Shown here: piece after piece, positions 7,784 through 16,434 of the stretch
How positions within the stretch are numbered: the first letter of the stretch is position 1
Layout: each line of letters starts with the position of its first letter
Assembly (NCBI GenBank): GCA_031549535.1
Contig: JAVBPP010000024.1
Location: forward strand, 10,180 to 74,179
DNA: 64,000 nucleotides
Origin: Oscillospiraceae bacterium
Lineage (GTDB): Bacteria > Bacillota > Clostridia > Oscillospirales > Acutalibacteraceae
Direction of reading: 5' to 3'
The notes under the pieces: model-generated
Told to the model about the DNA's origin: nothing
Database searches by the model: none
What the model saw: only the letters and a program-made list of their open reading frames with translations
Made by a program: the position numbers and the translations under genes

Positions 7784-9100
7784 ATGGACATGAAACAAAT
7801 TGGCAAAAATATTGCAGGTCTACGAAAAGAAAAGGGGTACACGCAGGAAGCTCTTGCAGAAAAACTTGGAATTTCTCCGCAGGCTGTCAGCAAGTGGGAA
7901 ACGGGAATTGGTTTACCCGAGGCGGCGCTGTTGCTCGCGTTATCGGAGCTACTCCATGTGACGATTGATGAAATCTTGCAGCCGGAGAACCGGCAAAACC
8001 GTATGGCAGATTTTTTTAACCGAAATATGCCTGCCCCCGCAGGGAAAATACTGCAACACCTTCCAAAAATTGACCGCTGGAATCCGCCGCCCGGTTGTGA
8101 CATGTATTATTCCATGCCGGCGATGGTTGCCGAGGCATTGTGTTGCATTGAGGCGCGGGAGGGGGGAAGACCAGAAAGCGTTACTCTGGAACAAATCAAC
8201 GATAGATTCCGTGACCTGATGCATATTATGGGGGTCGGCTATGGGTTTTTATGGTTTGAAAAGCGGCATCTGATTGAGGAACTTTGGCGCATTAATGAAC
8301 CCGAAGATATGATGAACCGCGCCATGCGTTACTATGGGCGGGATTATCTTTGGCTTACGCCGCAAAATGCCTCCGGGGAGGAAATGCAGCGTGCTGTGCT
8401 GTGGTCCATTGATAGAGGACATCCGGTTGTAATGGAATGGGCGGGTGGAATCCCGGAGTACAGTATTGTCGCCGGCTATGAGGAGCGGGGCAAGTGCCTG
8501 ATTGGGTGGACTTACTGCAGCGAATGCGCTGCCAAAACCAATGAGCAGGGCATGTTTGTGAATCCGGCTCGCTGGGAGGAGGCGCTGCCCTTCCGCGTTC
8601 TGATTATCGGTGATGCAATTCCGCCATCCTACTCTGACCGGGACTCCATGCACTACGCGCTGGAAACACTGAACCGCAACCAGCCGGGCGGATGGAGCAA
8701 GGCAGCGCATGAAGCCCTAACCGGTGACCGTTGGGCGGTGGCAGGGGAGGATGCCCTGCAAAAATGGCTGGAGGCCTGTGATACGGAGCAGCACACCATT
8801 CAACTCTTGACGGTTGCGGATATCTTTACGCACGCCTTATACCAAAATACCATGTATACGCAAAAATGTCTGTTGTCTTATTACAAAAAGCTGGGCGCGC
8901 GCAGCCCCACGCGGGTCAATGATGTGGTAAACCAAATTTCTATTGCAGTCATACAACTTGAAAACAGTTGGAACGGGATAGGCAAACAGAAAAAAAAGCC
9001 CACGGAACAAGCCAAAGCCTGCCGCAGGCATATAGAAACCATACTGCAACACCGCCAATCTATGCGCGGGTGGGTAACGGACTTGGCGGAACGGCTATAA
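7784..9100 (+). CDS. XRE-family helix-turn-helix protein fused to a ~360-aa uncharacterised C-terminal domain
   Basis: The N-terminus IGKNIAGLRKEKGYTQEALAEKLGISPQAVSKWETG is a classic HTH_3/Cro-C1 motif. The remainder has no motif I can name with confidence. Confidence 0.8.
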   Translation: MDMKQIGKNIAGLRKEKGYTQEALAEKLGISPQAVSKWETGIGLPEAALLLALSELLHVTIDEILQPENRQNRMADFFNRNMPAPAGKILQHLPKIDRWNPPPGCDMYYSMPAMVAEALCCIEAREGGRPESVTLEQINDRFRDLMHIMGVGYGFLWFEKRHLIEELWRINEPEDMMNRAMRYYGRDYLWLTPQNASGEEMQRAVLWSIDRGHPVVMEWAGGIPEYSIVAGYEERGKCLIGWTYCSECAAKTNEQGMFVNPARWEEALPFRVLIIGDAIPPSYSDRDSMHYALETLNRNQPGGWSKAAHEALTGDRWAVAGEDALQKWLEACDTEQHTIQLLTVADIFTHALYQNTMYTQKCLLSYYKKLGARSPTRVNDVVNQISIAVIQLENSWNGIGKQKKKPTEQAKACRRHIETILQHRQSMRGWVTDLAERL

Positions 9101-9112
9101 AACGCATCGGTA

Positions 9113-10552
9113 TTATTCCGCCCCATACCGTAAAATCGGTTTGCGCACGGCCGCTGTTTCATCCGGCCTGCCGACAGGGGTTGTCACCGGGGCTTGGTGC
9201 AGCTGCTCCGGCTGTGTTTTGGCAAGTTCCGCGAGCTCACAGAGGGTTTGCGCTGCCTGATCCAGTGTTTCGCGGCTTTCGGTTTCTGTTGGCTCAAACA
9301 TCAGCGCCTCGTGCACAATCAGCGGGAAATACATCGTGGGCGGGTGAATGCCTCGGTCAATCAAGCTCTTGGCGATATCCGCCGCGCTGACGCCGTGCTG
9401 CTTTTTCATCTCCTCCAATGTAAGCACAAATTCATGCATACAGGGGGCGGAATAGGGCAAATCGTATGTGCCGCACAGGCGTTCCATAAGGTAGTTCGCG
9501 TTTAAAACCGCATTCTCCGCCGTTTCGCGAATCCCATCGGAGCCGAGCGTCAGAATATAGCTCAAGGCCTTTAGGCATACCAAAAAGTTTCCGTAAAAGG
9601 CGCGAACACGCCCGATGGTATGCTCCGGCTCAATGAAACGGTAAGTGCCGCCCTCCCGCGCGACCACGGGGGAGGGGAGAAAGGGGGCGAGATGCTCCTT
9701 ACAACCAACGGGGCCGCTGCCGGGGCCGCCGCCGCCGTGCGGGGTGGAAAAGGTTTTGTGCAGGTTGAGGTGCACCACATCAAAGCCCATGTCACCGGGA
9801 CGCGTTATGCCCATCACGGCGTTTAAGTTTGCACCGTCGTAATACACCAGCCCGCCTGCATCGTGAATTATCTGCGTAATTTGTGTAACGTTTTGTTCGA
9901 ACAGCCCCACCGTATTCGGGTTCGTGAGCATGAGCGCCGCCGTATCCGGCCCAACTTGGGCGCGCAGGGCGTCTAAATCCACCATGCCCTGGGAGGTGGA
10001 GGGAATGTTTACTGTGGTAAAACCGTTCATCGCCGCGCTGGCGGGGTTGGTGCCGTGGGCCGAATCCGGAACCAAAATTTTTGTGCGCCTTGTTTCACCC
10101 TTGGCTGCCAGATAGGCCTTGACCATGGCGAGCGCGGTAAATTCCCCGTGTGCGCCCGCAGCGGGCTGCAGGGTGAAGGCGTCCATACCCGTGATTTCAC
10201 AAAGGGAGGCACCCAGTGTATCCATGGCTTCCAGCGCACCCTGCACACTTTCCTGCGGCTGCAGAGGGTGGATATCTGTAAAGCCCCGCATGGCGGCTAC
10301 TGCCTCGTTGCGCTTGGGGTTGTATTTCATCGTGCAGGAGCCAAGAGGGTAAAAGCCGTTATCCACGCCGAAGGCGCTGCGGCTCAGCTCCGTGTAATGG
10401 CGCACTAAATCCACCTCGGCCAGCTCCGGCAGGGGGAGCACCGCACCGCGGCTATGGGCGCAGGGCAGTTCATAGGCCGGGACATCGCAGGCAGGCAGGC
10501 TGACGCAGCGCCTGCCCGGGCGGCTTTTTTCAAAACTCAGTTTCATCCGCAC
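9113..10552 (-). CDS. gcvPB: glycine dehydrogenase (aminomethyl-transferring) subunit 2
   Basis: Typical GcvPB sequence (PLGSCTMKYNP, HLNLHKTFSTPHGGGGPG with the PLP lysine). Lies in a gcvT-H-PA-PB operon. Confidence 0.95.
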   Translation of the reverse strand: MRMKLSFEKSRPGRRCVSLPACDVPAYELPCAHSRGAVLPLPELAEVDLVRHYTELSRSAFGVDNGFYPLGSCTMKYNPKRNEAVAAMRGFTDIHPLQPQESVQGALEAMDTLGASLCEITGMDAFTLQPAAGAHGEFTALAMVKAYLAAKGETRRTKILVPDSAHGTNPASAAMNGFTTVNIPSTSQGMVDLDALRAQVGPDTAALMLTNPNTVGLFEQNVTQITQIIHDAGGLVYYDGANLNAVMGITRPGDMGFDVVHLNLHKTFSTPHGGGGPGSGPVGCKEHLAPFLPSPVVAREGGTYRFIEPEHTIGRVRAFYGNFLVCLKALSYILTLGSDGIRETAENAVLNANYLMERLCGTYDLPYSAPCMHEFVLTLEEMKKQHGVSAADIAKSLIDRGIHPPTMYFPLIVHEALMFEPTETESRETLDQAAQTLCELAELAKTQPEQLHQAPVTTPVGRPDETAAVRKPILRYGAE

Positions 10553-11868
10553 ACCTCCTGTAACAGCGTAATCAGGCGGTCCAGCTCCTGCTTACTGACG
10601 GTCTCTGTGACACACCACAAGATGCAGTCCCTGCCGTGATAGAGAAGGGGCAATCCGCAGAGGATGCCTTGTTCGGCAAGCTTTTGTTCCAGCTGCTCCG
10701 GCGGAACCGGGCAGGCTGTGACAAATTCGTGAAAGAATTCGCCTGTGCATTGCAGTTCAAAGCCGGGAACGGCGGCAATCGCCTTTGCCGCATAGTGCGC
10801 CTTGGCAAGGCATTGCTGCGCAACCTCGCGCAGGCCCTCCTTACCCATTGCGGCGCAGTAGATGGTTGCGGTCAGGGCGCAGAGCGCCTCATTGGAGCAA
10901 ATGCTGGAGGAGGCCTTCTCCCGCCGGATCTGCTGCTCGCGCGCCTGCAACGTCAGCACATAGGCTGTTCGGCCGTCTTTATCGCTGGTTTGCCCAACAA
11001 TGCGGCCGGGCAAACGCCTCATATCCGCGTTCATCACCGCCATATAGCCCAGATACGGGCCTCCGAAGGAGAGCGGCATGCCCAGGGGCTGCATTTCGCC
11101 CACGGCCGCGTCCGCTGCGCATTCGCGCGGCGTTTGAATCGTGGCCAGCGCGGTTGGATAACAGCCGAGAATCAGCTTTGCCCCCGCCGCGTGAATCAAC
11201 TGCGCGGCTGCGGAACAGTCCTCCAGCTGGCCGAAATAGTTCGGGTTTTCAAGGTAAACGCCGGCGCTTTGCTCGTCCAGCATATCGCGCAGGGCAGCCA
11301 AATCCGTTGTGCCGTCCTTCTCCGGAATCAGCAGCAGCTCGCTGCCCGCCGCCGCGCAGTAAGTGCGCAGCACGGCAAGGGTCATGGGCTTAACGGCGGC
11401 GGAAACCAGGGTCTTGCCGCGCTTTTTATCGCGATACATCGCGGCGGCCTCTGCGGCGGCATGCGCTCCGTCATAGACACCCGCGTTGGAAACATCCATG
11501 CCCGTTAAAGCGCAGACTGTGGTTTGATATTCAAAAATCGCCTGCAAAACGCCCTGAGAAAGCTCCGCTTGATAGGGGGTGTAGGCAGTGACAAATTCCT
11601 CCCGGGCGCTTAAACTGCGCACCACGCTCGGGATAAAGTGCCGATAGGCTCCCGCACCGCGCAGGCAGGTTTTGTAAACGGTGTTTTTCGCCGCCAGGGC
11701 TTCAAACCCGGCGAGCAGCTCCATTTCGCTTTGCGCCTGCGGCAGCTTCAGCGCATTGCGCAGGCGCAGTTCCTGCGGAATGCCGGAAAACAGCTCGTCA
11801 ACGCACCGCCTGCCAATGGCGGCAAGCATCTCCTCGCGCTCGGCGGGGGTGTTCGGGATATAATTCAT
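10543..11868 (-). CDS. gcvPA: glycine dehydrogenase (aminomethyl-transferring) subunit 1
   Basis: N-terminus MNYIPNTPAEREEML and YTPYQAE(L)SQG motifs. Overlaps the gcvPB start by 10 nt. Confidence 0.95.
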   Translation of the reverse strand: MNYIPNTPAEREEMLAAIGRRCVDELFSGIPQELRLRNALKLPQAQSEMELLAGFEALAAKNTVYKTCLRGAGAYRHFIPSVVRSLSAREEFVTAYTPYQAELSQGVLQAIFEYQTTVCALTGMDVSNAGVYDGAHAAAEAAAMYRDKKRGKTLVSAAVKPMTLAVLRTYCAAAGSELLLIPEKDGTTDLAALRDMLDEQSAGVYLENPNYFGQLEDCSAAAQLIHAAGAKLILGCYPTALATIQTPRECAADAAVGEMQPLGMPLSFGGPYLGYMAVMNADMRRLPGRIVGQTSDKDGRTAYVLTLQAREQQIRREKASSSICSNEALCALTATIYCAAMGKEGLREVAQQCLAKAHYAAKAIAAVPGFELQCTGEFFHEFVTACPVPPEQLEQKLAEQGILCGLPLLYHGRDCILWCVTETVSKQELDRLITLLQEVCG

Positions 11869-11883
11869 ACAAAGCCTCGCTTT

Positions 11884-12264
11884 TTATAAGTCTTCGGCCA
11901 ACAGAGCGTCGTAGGCGGCGGCGTCCAGCAGCTCCGGATTGGCGGCCACGTCTTCCAGCTCAATCAGCCACGCGCCATACGGGTCGGCATTGATGGATTC
12001 CGGCGCATTGAGCAGGGCATCGTTCACACGGGTGACTGTGCCGGAAACCGGGCAGTATAAGTCAGAAACCGCCTTAATGGACTCCACATCGCCGAACACA
12101 TCGCCGGCCTCCAGCTGCTCCCCCTCGTCGCAGAGATTGACAAACACCACGTCGCCCATTTCCTCCTGCGCGTGGTCAGAGACGCCAACCCGCGCCTTGC
12201 CTTCTTCCAGATACCGTACCCATTCGTGGCTCTTTGCAAAAAACAGTTTGTTTGCTGTGCTCAT
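11884..12264 (-). CDS. gcvH: glycine cleavage system H protein
   Basis: 126 aa with the lipoyl-lysine motif VESIKAVSDLY. Confidence 0.95.
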   Translation of the reverse strand: MSTANKLFFAKSHEWVRYLEEGKARVGVSDHAQEEMGDVVFVNLCDEGEQLEAGDVFGDVESIKAVSDLYCPVSGTVTRVNDALLNAPESINADPYGAWLIELEDVAANPELLDAAAYDALLAEDL

Positions 12265-12279
12265 CGTATTAATCGCTCC

Positions 12280-13365
12280 TTATCGTGATCTTTTATAAAA
12301 CGGCAGGGAAACAACCTTTGCCTCCAGCAGCCTGCCGCGGACAGAAAGCTGCAGCATGTCGCCCGGCTGTACACTGCCCGCCTTGACTAAGGCCATGGCT
12401 ACCGCTTGGTTAACGAAGGGGCACATCGTGCCGGAGCTAACTGTGCCGATTTCCGCGCCGCCGCTGATTACAGCGTCCCCCTCCCGCGCAATTCCGCGTT
12501 GCTGCAGCGCAAGGCCAATGCGCATGCGCTGCGGCTCGCCCGCCGCCAGAAGAGCCTGTTTGCCGATAAAGTCCTCCTTCTGCAGCTTCACAGCCCAGCC
12601 CAAGCCGGTTTCAAAGGGCGTGACCGTTTCGTCCATCTCATGGCCGTAAAGCGGCATGGCCGCCTCCAACCGCAGGGTGTCGCGCGCGCCCAGGCCGCAG
12701 GGGATAAGCCCCTCCGGCTCACCCGCCTCCAGCAGGGCGTCCCAGAGCGCGGTAACCTGGGCTTTGGGCGGGTAAATTTCAAAGCCGTCCTCCCCCGTGT
12801 AGCCTGTGCGGGAGAGCAGGCAGGGGATGCCCGCGAGTTCAACATTCTCAACAAAGCTATAATTTTTCTGCGGAAACAGGCTGGCATCGCCCAGCTTGGA
12901 AAGGATTTCCTGCGCCTTCGGCCCCTGCAAGGCCAGCTGCGCCCATTCGTCCGAAACATCGGCGTAATGCAGTTCGCCCTCCAGATGCGCGGCAATCCAC
13001 TGCGCGTCCTTTTCCCGGTTTGAGGCGTTTACCACCAGCAAATAGGCGTTTTCGCCCCGGCGATAAACCAGCAAATCGTCCAGCATGCCGCCCGCCTCAT
13101 TGCACAGGGGAGAGTAGCGCACCTGGCCGACAGCCATGGTGGAAAAATCATTGGTGAGCAGCTTCTGCAGATTCCGCAGCGCGTCCTTGCCCTCCAGCAG
13201 CAGTTCCCCCATGTGCGAAACATCAAACAGTCCACAGGCATTGCGCACAGCCATGTGTTCCGCCGTAATGCCGGAAAACTGCACAGGCAGCCAATAGCCC
13301 GCAAAGGAGACAATTTTTCCGCCGTATTTCACATGAGACCAATATAGGGGCGTTTGTTTTTCCAT
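12280..13365 (-). CDS. gcvT: aminomethyltransferase (glycine cleavage T protein)
   Basis: 361 aa with LFDVSHMGE and GYTGEDGFE motifs. First gene of the gcv operon. Confidence 0.95.
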   Translation of the reverse strand: MEKQTPLYWSHVKYGGKIVSFAGYWLPVQFSGITAEHMAVRNACGLFDVSHMGELLLEGKDALRNLQKLLTNDFSTMAVGQVRYSPLCNEAGGMLDDLLVYRRGENAYLLVVNASNREKDAQWIAAHLEGELHYADVSDEWAQLALQGPKAQEILSKLGDASLFPQKNYSFVENVELAGIPCLLSRTGYTGEDGFEIYPPKAQVTALWDALLEAGEPEGLIPCGLGARDTLRLEAAMPLYGHEMDETVTPFETGLGWAVKLQKEDFIGKQALLAAGEPQRMRIGLALQQRGIAREGDAVISGGAEIGTVSSGTMCPFVNQAVAMALVKAGSVQPGDMLQLSVRGRLLEAKVVSLPFYKRSR

Positions 13366-13378
13366 ATAACAGCTTCCT

Positions 13379-13490
13379 TTTCTATGTACTCCTGCATGTA
13401 ATGGTCGCAGGTTTTGCGGGATGAAATGCTTTGCTGTCTGGGATTTTATCCCGCAAAACCCGTGCTACCATTTGATGCAGGAGTAATATC
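13379..13490 (+). repeat. RF-A palindromic intergenic element, copy 1 (~112 bp)
   Basis: About 94% identical to 14512-14622 in direct orientation. Its arms (TACTCCTGCATGTAATGGTCGCAGGTTTTGCGGGAT ... ATCCCGCAAAACCCGTGCTACCATTTGATGCAGGAGTA) form an imperfect stem of about 35 bp. Confidence 0.85.
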
Positions 13491-14497
13491 TATCGTATCT
13501 CTTCGGTTCCTATAATCCAATCCACCATATCCGCGGCGGATTGCGCGGCGCTCATGGGGGTGTAGCCCAGCTCAGCCTTGGCTTTGGCGCAGTCAAAATT
13601 GCTGTTTGCCCGCAGCTTGCGGATGGCGTAGCGTGTAAACAGCGGGGTGGTTTGCGTGATGCGGTAGTAGCGCTCCATAGGCGGCGCTACGGCCTTGGCA
13701 AGGGCGAGGGGCAGCTTCAGCTTCGGCGCTTTACATTTCTCATACCCCGGCAAAGTGGCGCAGTGCGCGGCGAGCGCCTGCATCAACCCGTCCACTGTCA
13801 TGGGCTCGCCCGTAAGCAAATAGCCCTCCCCAGCTCTGCCCTGCTCCGCCGCGGCAAGCATGCCGCGCGCCACATCGCGCACATCCACAAAGTTATAACC
13901 GCCAAACGCAAGAGATACCGGAAATTTGCGCTTTAAAAACATGCGCACCATTTCCCCAACATTGGAAATACGAAAATCGTAAGGCCCAATGCACGCGCTG
14001 GGATAAACGGCAATCGTCTGCAGTTGAGGGCTGTTTGCTTCAAACACATAGCGCGTGGCCTCCGCCTTGGTTTTGGCGTAGACGCCCTCCAGAGCCTCCG
14101 GGTCAAATGTTGTGATTTCCGCCATGGCGGCATCGCCCGCCAGCGGCGGAAACGCGTCCACGGAGGATGCATAAATTAATTTTTTTACGCCGCAGTTCAA
14201 GCAGGCTCTCACCACGTTTTTGGTGCCCTCCAGGTTCACCTGCCGCAGCTGCTCGGCGTTTCCGCTGTTCACCTCAATCATGCCCGCAAGGTGGTAAACC
14301 ACATCCGCGCCCGCAAAGGCCAGCTCCAGCTGCTGTAAATCCGTAATATCGCCATACGCAATGTTGCAGGGAATGCCGTCAAAAATCGGACTTTGCCTGC
14401 GAATCAGGATGCGCGGCACAATGCCCCGCTCCTGCATTTCCTTCAATAACGCGTAGCCGATATGGCCGCTCGCACCTGTGATAACCGCAAGTTGCAT
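13490..14497 (-). CDS. NAD-dependent epimerase/dehydratase family (extended SDR) protein
   Basis: N-terminal ITGASGHIGYAL glycine-rich NAD motif and the YAKTK catalytic Tyr/Lys motif. Confidence 0.85.
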   Translation of the reverse strand: MQLAVITGASGHIGYALLKEMQERGIVPRILIRRQSPIFDGIPCNIAYGDITDLQQLELAFAGADVVYHLAGMIEVNSGNAEQLRQVNLEGTKNVVRACLNCGVKKLIYASSVDAFPPLAGDAAMAEITTFDPEALEGVYAKTKAEATRYVFEANSPQLQTIAVYPSACIGPYDFRISNVGEMVRMFLKRKFPVSLAFGGYNFVDVRDVARGMLAAAEQGRAGEGYLLTGEPMTVDGLMQALAAHCATLPGYEKCKAPKLKLPLALAKAVAPPMERYYRITQTTPLFTRYAIRKLRANSNFDCAKAKAELGYTPMSAAQSAADMVDWIIGTEEIR

Positions 14498-14511
14498 CCT
14501 ATTACTCTCCG

Positions 14512-14622
14512 TTTCTATTACTCCTGCATGTAATGGTCGCAGGTTTTGCAGGATGAAATGCTTTGCTGTATGGGATTTTATCCCGCAAAACCCGTACTAC
14601 CATTTGATGCAGAAGGAATATC
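14512..14622 (+). repeat. RF-A palindromic intergenic element, copy 2
   Basis: Direct repeat of 13379-13490. It overlaps the last ~15 codons of the upstream kinase-like CDS. Confidence 0.85.
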
Positions 14623-15420
14623 CATCTGATTCAGCTGTGCGGCAATTTTTTTCTGCAGCATCTTCCGCTCGGAATCCGGAATGTTCATCGTCAGCCGATA
14701 CGCTGCAATCGGCACAATCCAGCGTTCAATCTCCTCCCGCGCGGCACCGGAGGCGCGGCAGTATTCCCGCACATAAATCCGGCGCACAAGCCCCCGAAAA
14801 AGCCGAATCACCATGCGCCGGGCAGCGGAACTGCCCAGCATTTTGCCGCACTGCAAAATGAGGCTGGTTCGTGCGGCGTCCGCCGCGGGCACGGCAATGC
14901 AGGCGTTTGGCCAATCCACGGCAATCAAACCGTTTGGCGCACAAATAATGTTGTTTAAATGAAAGTCAAAATGGCATAATATGTCGCCGTCCGGCAGGGC
15001 CTCTATTTGCCGGAGCAGCTCCTGTTTCTGCCGCGGCGTAAACAGGGTTGCCCGCTCCATGGCGTGCGCCAAGCGTGTTTTTAAAACAGGCAACCGCGCC
15101 TTCGTGGGGCACTGCAGCTGCAGCTGCAGGCGCGCAAACTGTTTGGCTCTGCGCGGAATACTCCAGGGGGCATACAGCATGCTGCGCAGCAGGGTTTGCC
15201 CCTCAATGCGCTCGTAAACAATGCCGTTTCGCCCCTCGTATTCAATCAGCTCATACACCTGCGGCGCGCGCAGACCCAGGCGGTTCATCTCCTGCATTAC
15301 ACGAAACTCATGCCGGCAAAAGGCGAGAGAAATGTGGGGATAGAACAGCTTGATTACACGACCCTGCGGCCATTCGTAAATCTCAGCCGTCGTGCCCCAG
15401 CCAATCAGCTTACCCTGCAT
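14578..15420 (-). CDS. aminoglycoside/choline-kinase-like phosphotransferase family protein
   Basis: HFDFHLNNII (Brenner-type HxDxxxxN motif) and a downstream D-W motif (IAVDWPNA). Confidence 0.7.
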   Translation of the reverse strand: MQGKLIGWGTTAEIYEWPQGRVIKLFYPHISLAFCRHEFRVMQEMNRLGLRAPQVYELIEYEGRNGIVYERIEGQTLLRSMLYAPWSIPRRAKQFARLQLQLQCPTKARLPVLKTRLAHAMERATLFTPRQKQELLRQIEALPDGDILCHFDFHLNNIICAPNGLIAVDWPNACIAVPAADAARTSLILQCGKMLGSSAARRMVIRLFRGLVRRIYVREYCRASGAAREEIERWIVPIAAYRLTMNIPDSERKMLQKKIAAQLNQMDIPSASNGSTGFAG

Positions 15421-15492
15421 GCGCTATCTCGCTTTCTGAAAAAATAACCTTAACATTTTAACACAAACCGCCTTGCAATTTATTCTTTAGAG

Positions 15493-15524
15493 GAAAAAAC
15501 CCACAGCACGTTCCGGTACTGCGG
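15493..15524 (-). terminator. rho-independent terminator after the 15544..16422 gene
   Basis: A 9-bp stem (15501-15509 pairs with 15516-15524, two G-U pairs) followed on the minus strand by a T-run (A-run 15494-15499 on the plus strand). Confidence 0.5.
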
Positions 15525-15543
15525 ACTTTTTTCGCTTTAAAAA

Positions 15544-16422
15544 TCAACTGCCCGTTGTCCCGTTCCCACGGGGTGGAATGGTGATATTGATTCCGGTTGA
15601 ACCGGCGGTTGTGCTGCTTGGCGCCTGGGTTGGCGCGCTGCTTTGTGTCTGCTGCTCTTTGGAACTGCTCTCCTGCGGGGACTCGGTTGGCGCCTGCGTG
15701 GGAGCGGCCGTTTTTTTGACTGTAATCGCCTCCGGCGCGTCTGTGGCTTGGATGGCGCTGATGATATAGCCCTCCTCATGCTCGCGCAGAGTGATTTTCA
15801 TAAACTTATCCGGTTCCGGCTCCACAATTTTCCCCGTTTTATCCTGCGCCAACTCCTCGGCGGGGACGTAACCGACCACAAGCACAATCAGCTTATCGCT
15901 CCGCTTGGCCTCATATACCTTGGGGATATAGGTGGGCGTAACACCTGTTAGGGGGATGAGGTAGCCCTTGCGCGCAGCCTCATAGGTAAAGTCGTAGCTG
16001 CTGCCGCTGACGGTGTTATGTATGGGCTTGATGTCCGTGCCGAAAATCTTGGCAAACTGCGCGTCCACCTTTTCCGCCGGAATAATCAGACCCACACGGT
16101 CGCCGTCCTCATAGTCCTCATACTCACTGGTGGAGGGATTGCTGTGCAGCATGGACCAAATGGTGATGTCGATGAGCTGCTGCATGCTCGCCTTGGTGAC
16201 ATCGTCAAAGGATTCCGGGTCGTTCATCACAACCGGAACCAGGAAGTTTTCATATTCGGCCAGCTTGGAGCCGTCGTCCGTCCATTGGCGGATATTTTGC
16301 GCCGCCATGCGCACCAGAAAACCGGCACCCACCACCGCGAGTGCAATAATCAACAGCCCCAGCGCAAAGGCCCAGGGCTTTTTGATGCCCTCGCCTTTCT
16401 TCTTTTTTCTTCTCTTTGCCAT
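15544..16422 (-). CDS. membrane-anchored hypothetical protein with a Pro/Ser/Thr/Gln-rich C-terminal tail
   Basis: Basic N-terminus followed by one TM helix (WAFALGLLIIALAVVGAGFLV). The tail is low-complexity. No recognisable catalytic motif. Confidence 0.55.
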   Translation of the reverse strand: MAKRRKKKKGEGIKKPWAFALGLLIIALAVVGAGFLVRMAAQNIRQWTDDGSKLAEYENFLVPVVMNDPESFDDVTKASMQQLIDITIWSMLHSNPSTSEYEDYEDGDRVGLIIPAEKVDAQFAKIFGTDIKPIHNTVSGSSYDFTYEAARKGYLIPLTGVTPTYIPKVYEAKRSDKLIVLVVGYVPAEELAQDKTGKIVEPEPDKFMKITLREHEEGYIISAIQATDAPEAITVKKTAAPTQAPTESPQESSSKEQQTQSSAPTQAPSSTTAGSTGINITIPPRGNGTTGS

Positions 16423-16434
16423 AGTGATCCCCTT

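Noticed and set aside
13379-14622. Integron-type gene cassette, with an attC-like palindrome after an ORF.
   Set aside because: The RF-A termini do not show the RYYYAAC / GTTRRRY core sites. No intI integrase or attI is in the window. The element also overlaps the functional RBS regions of core genes.
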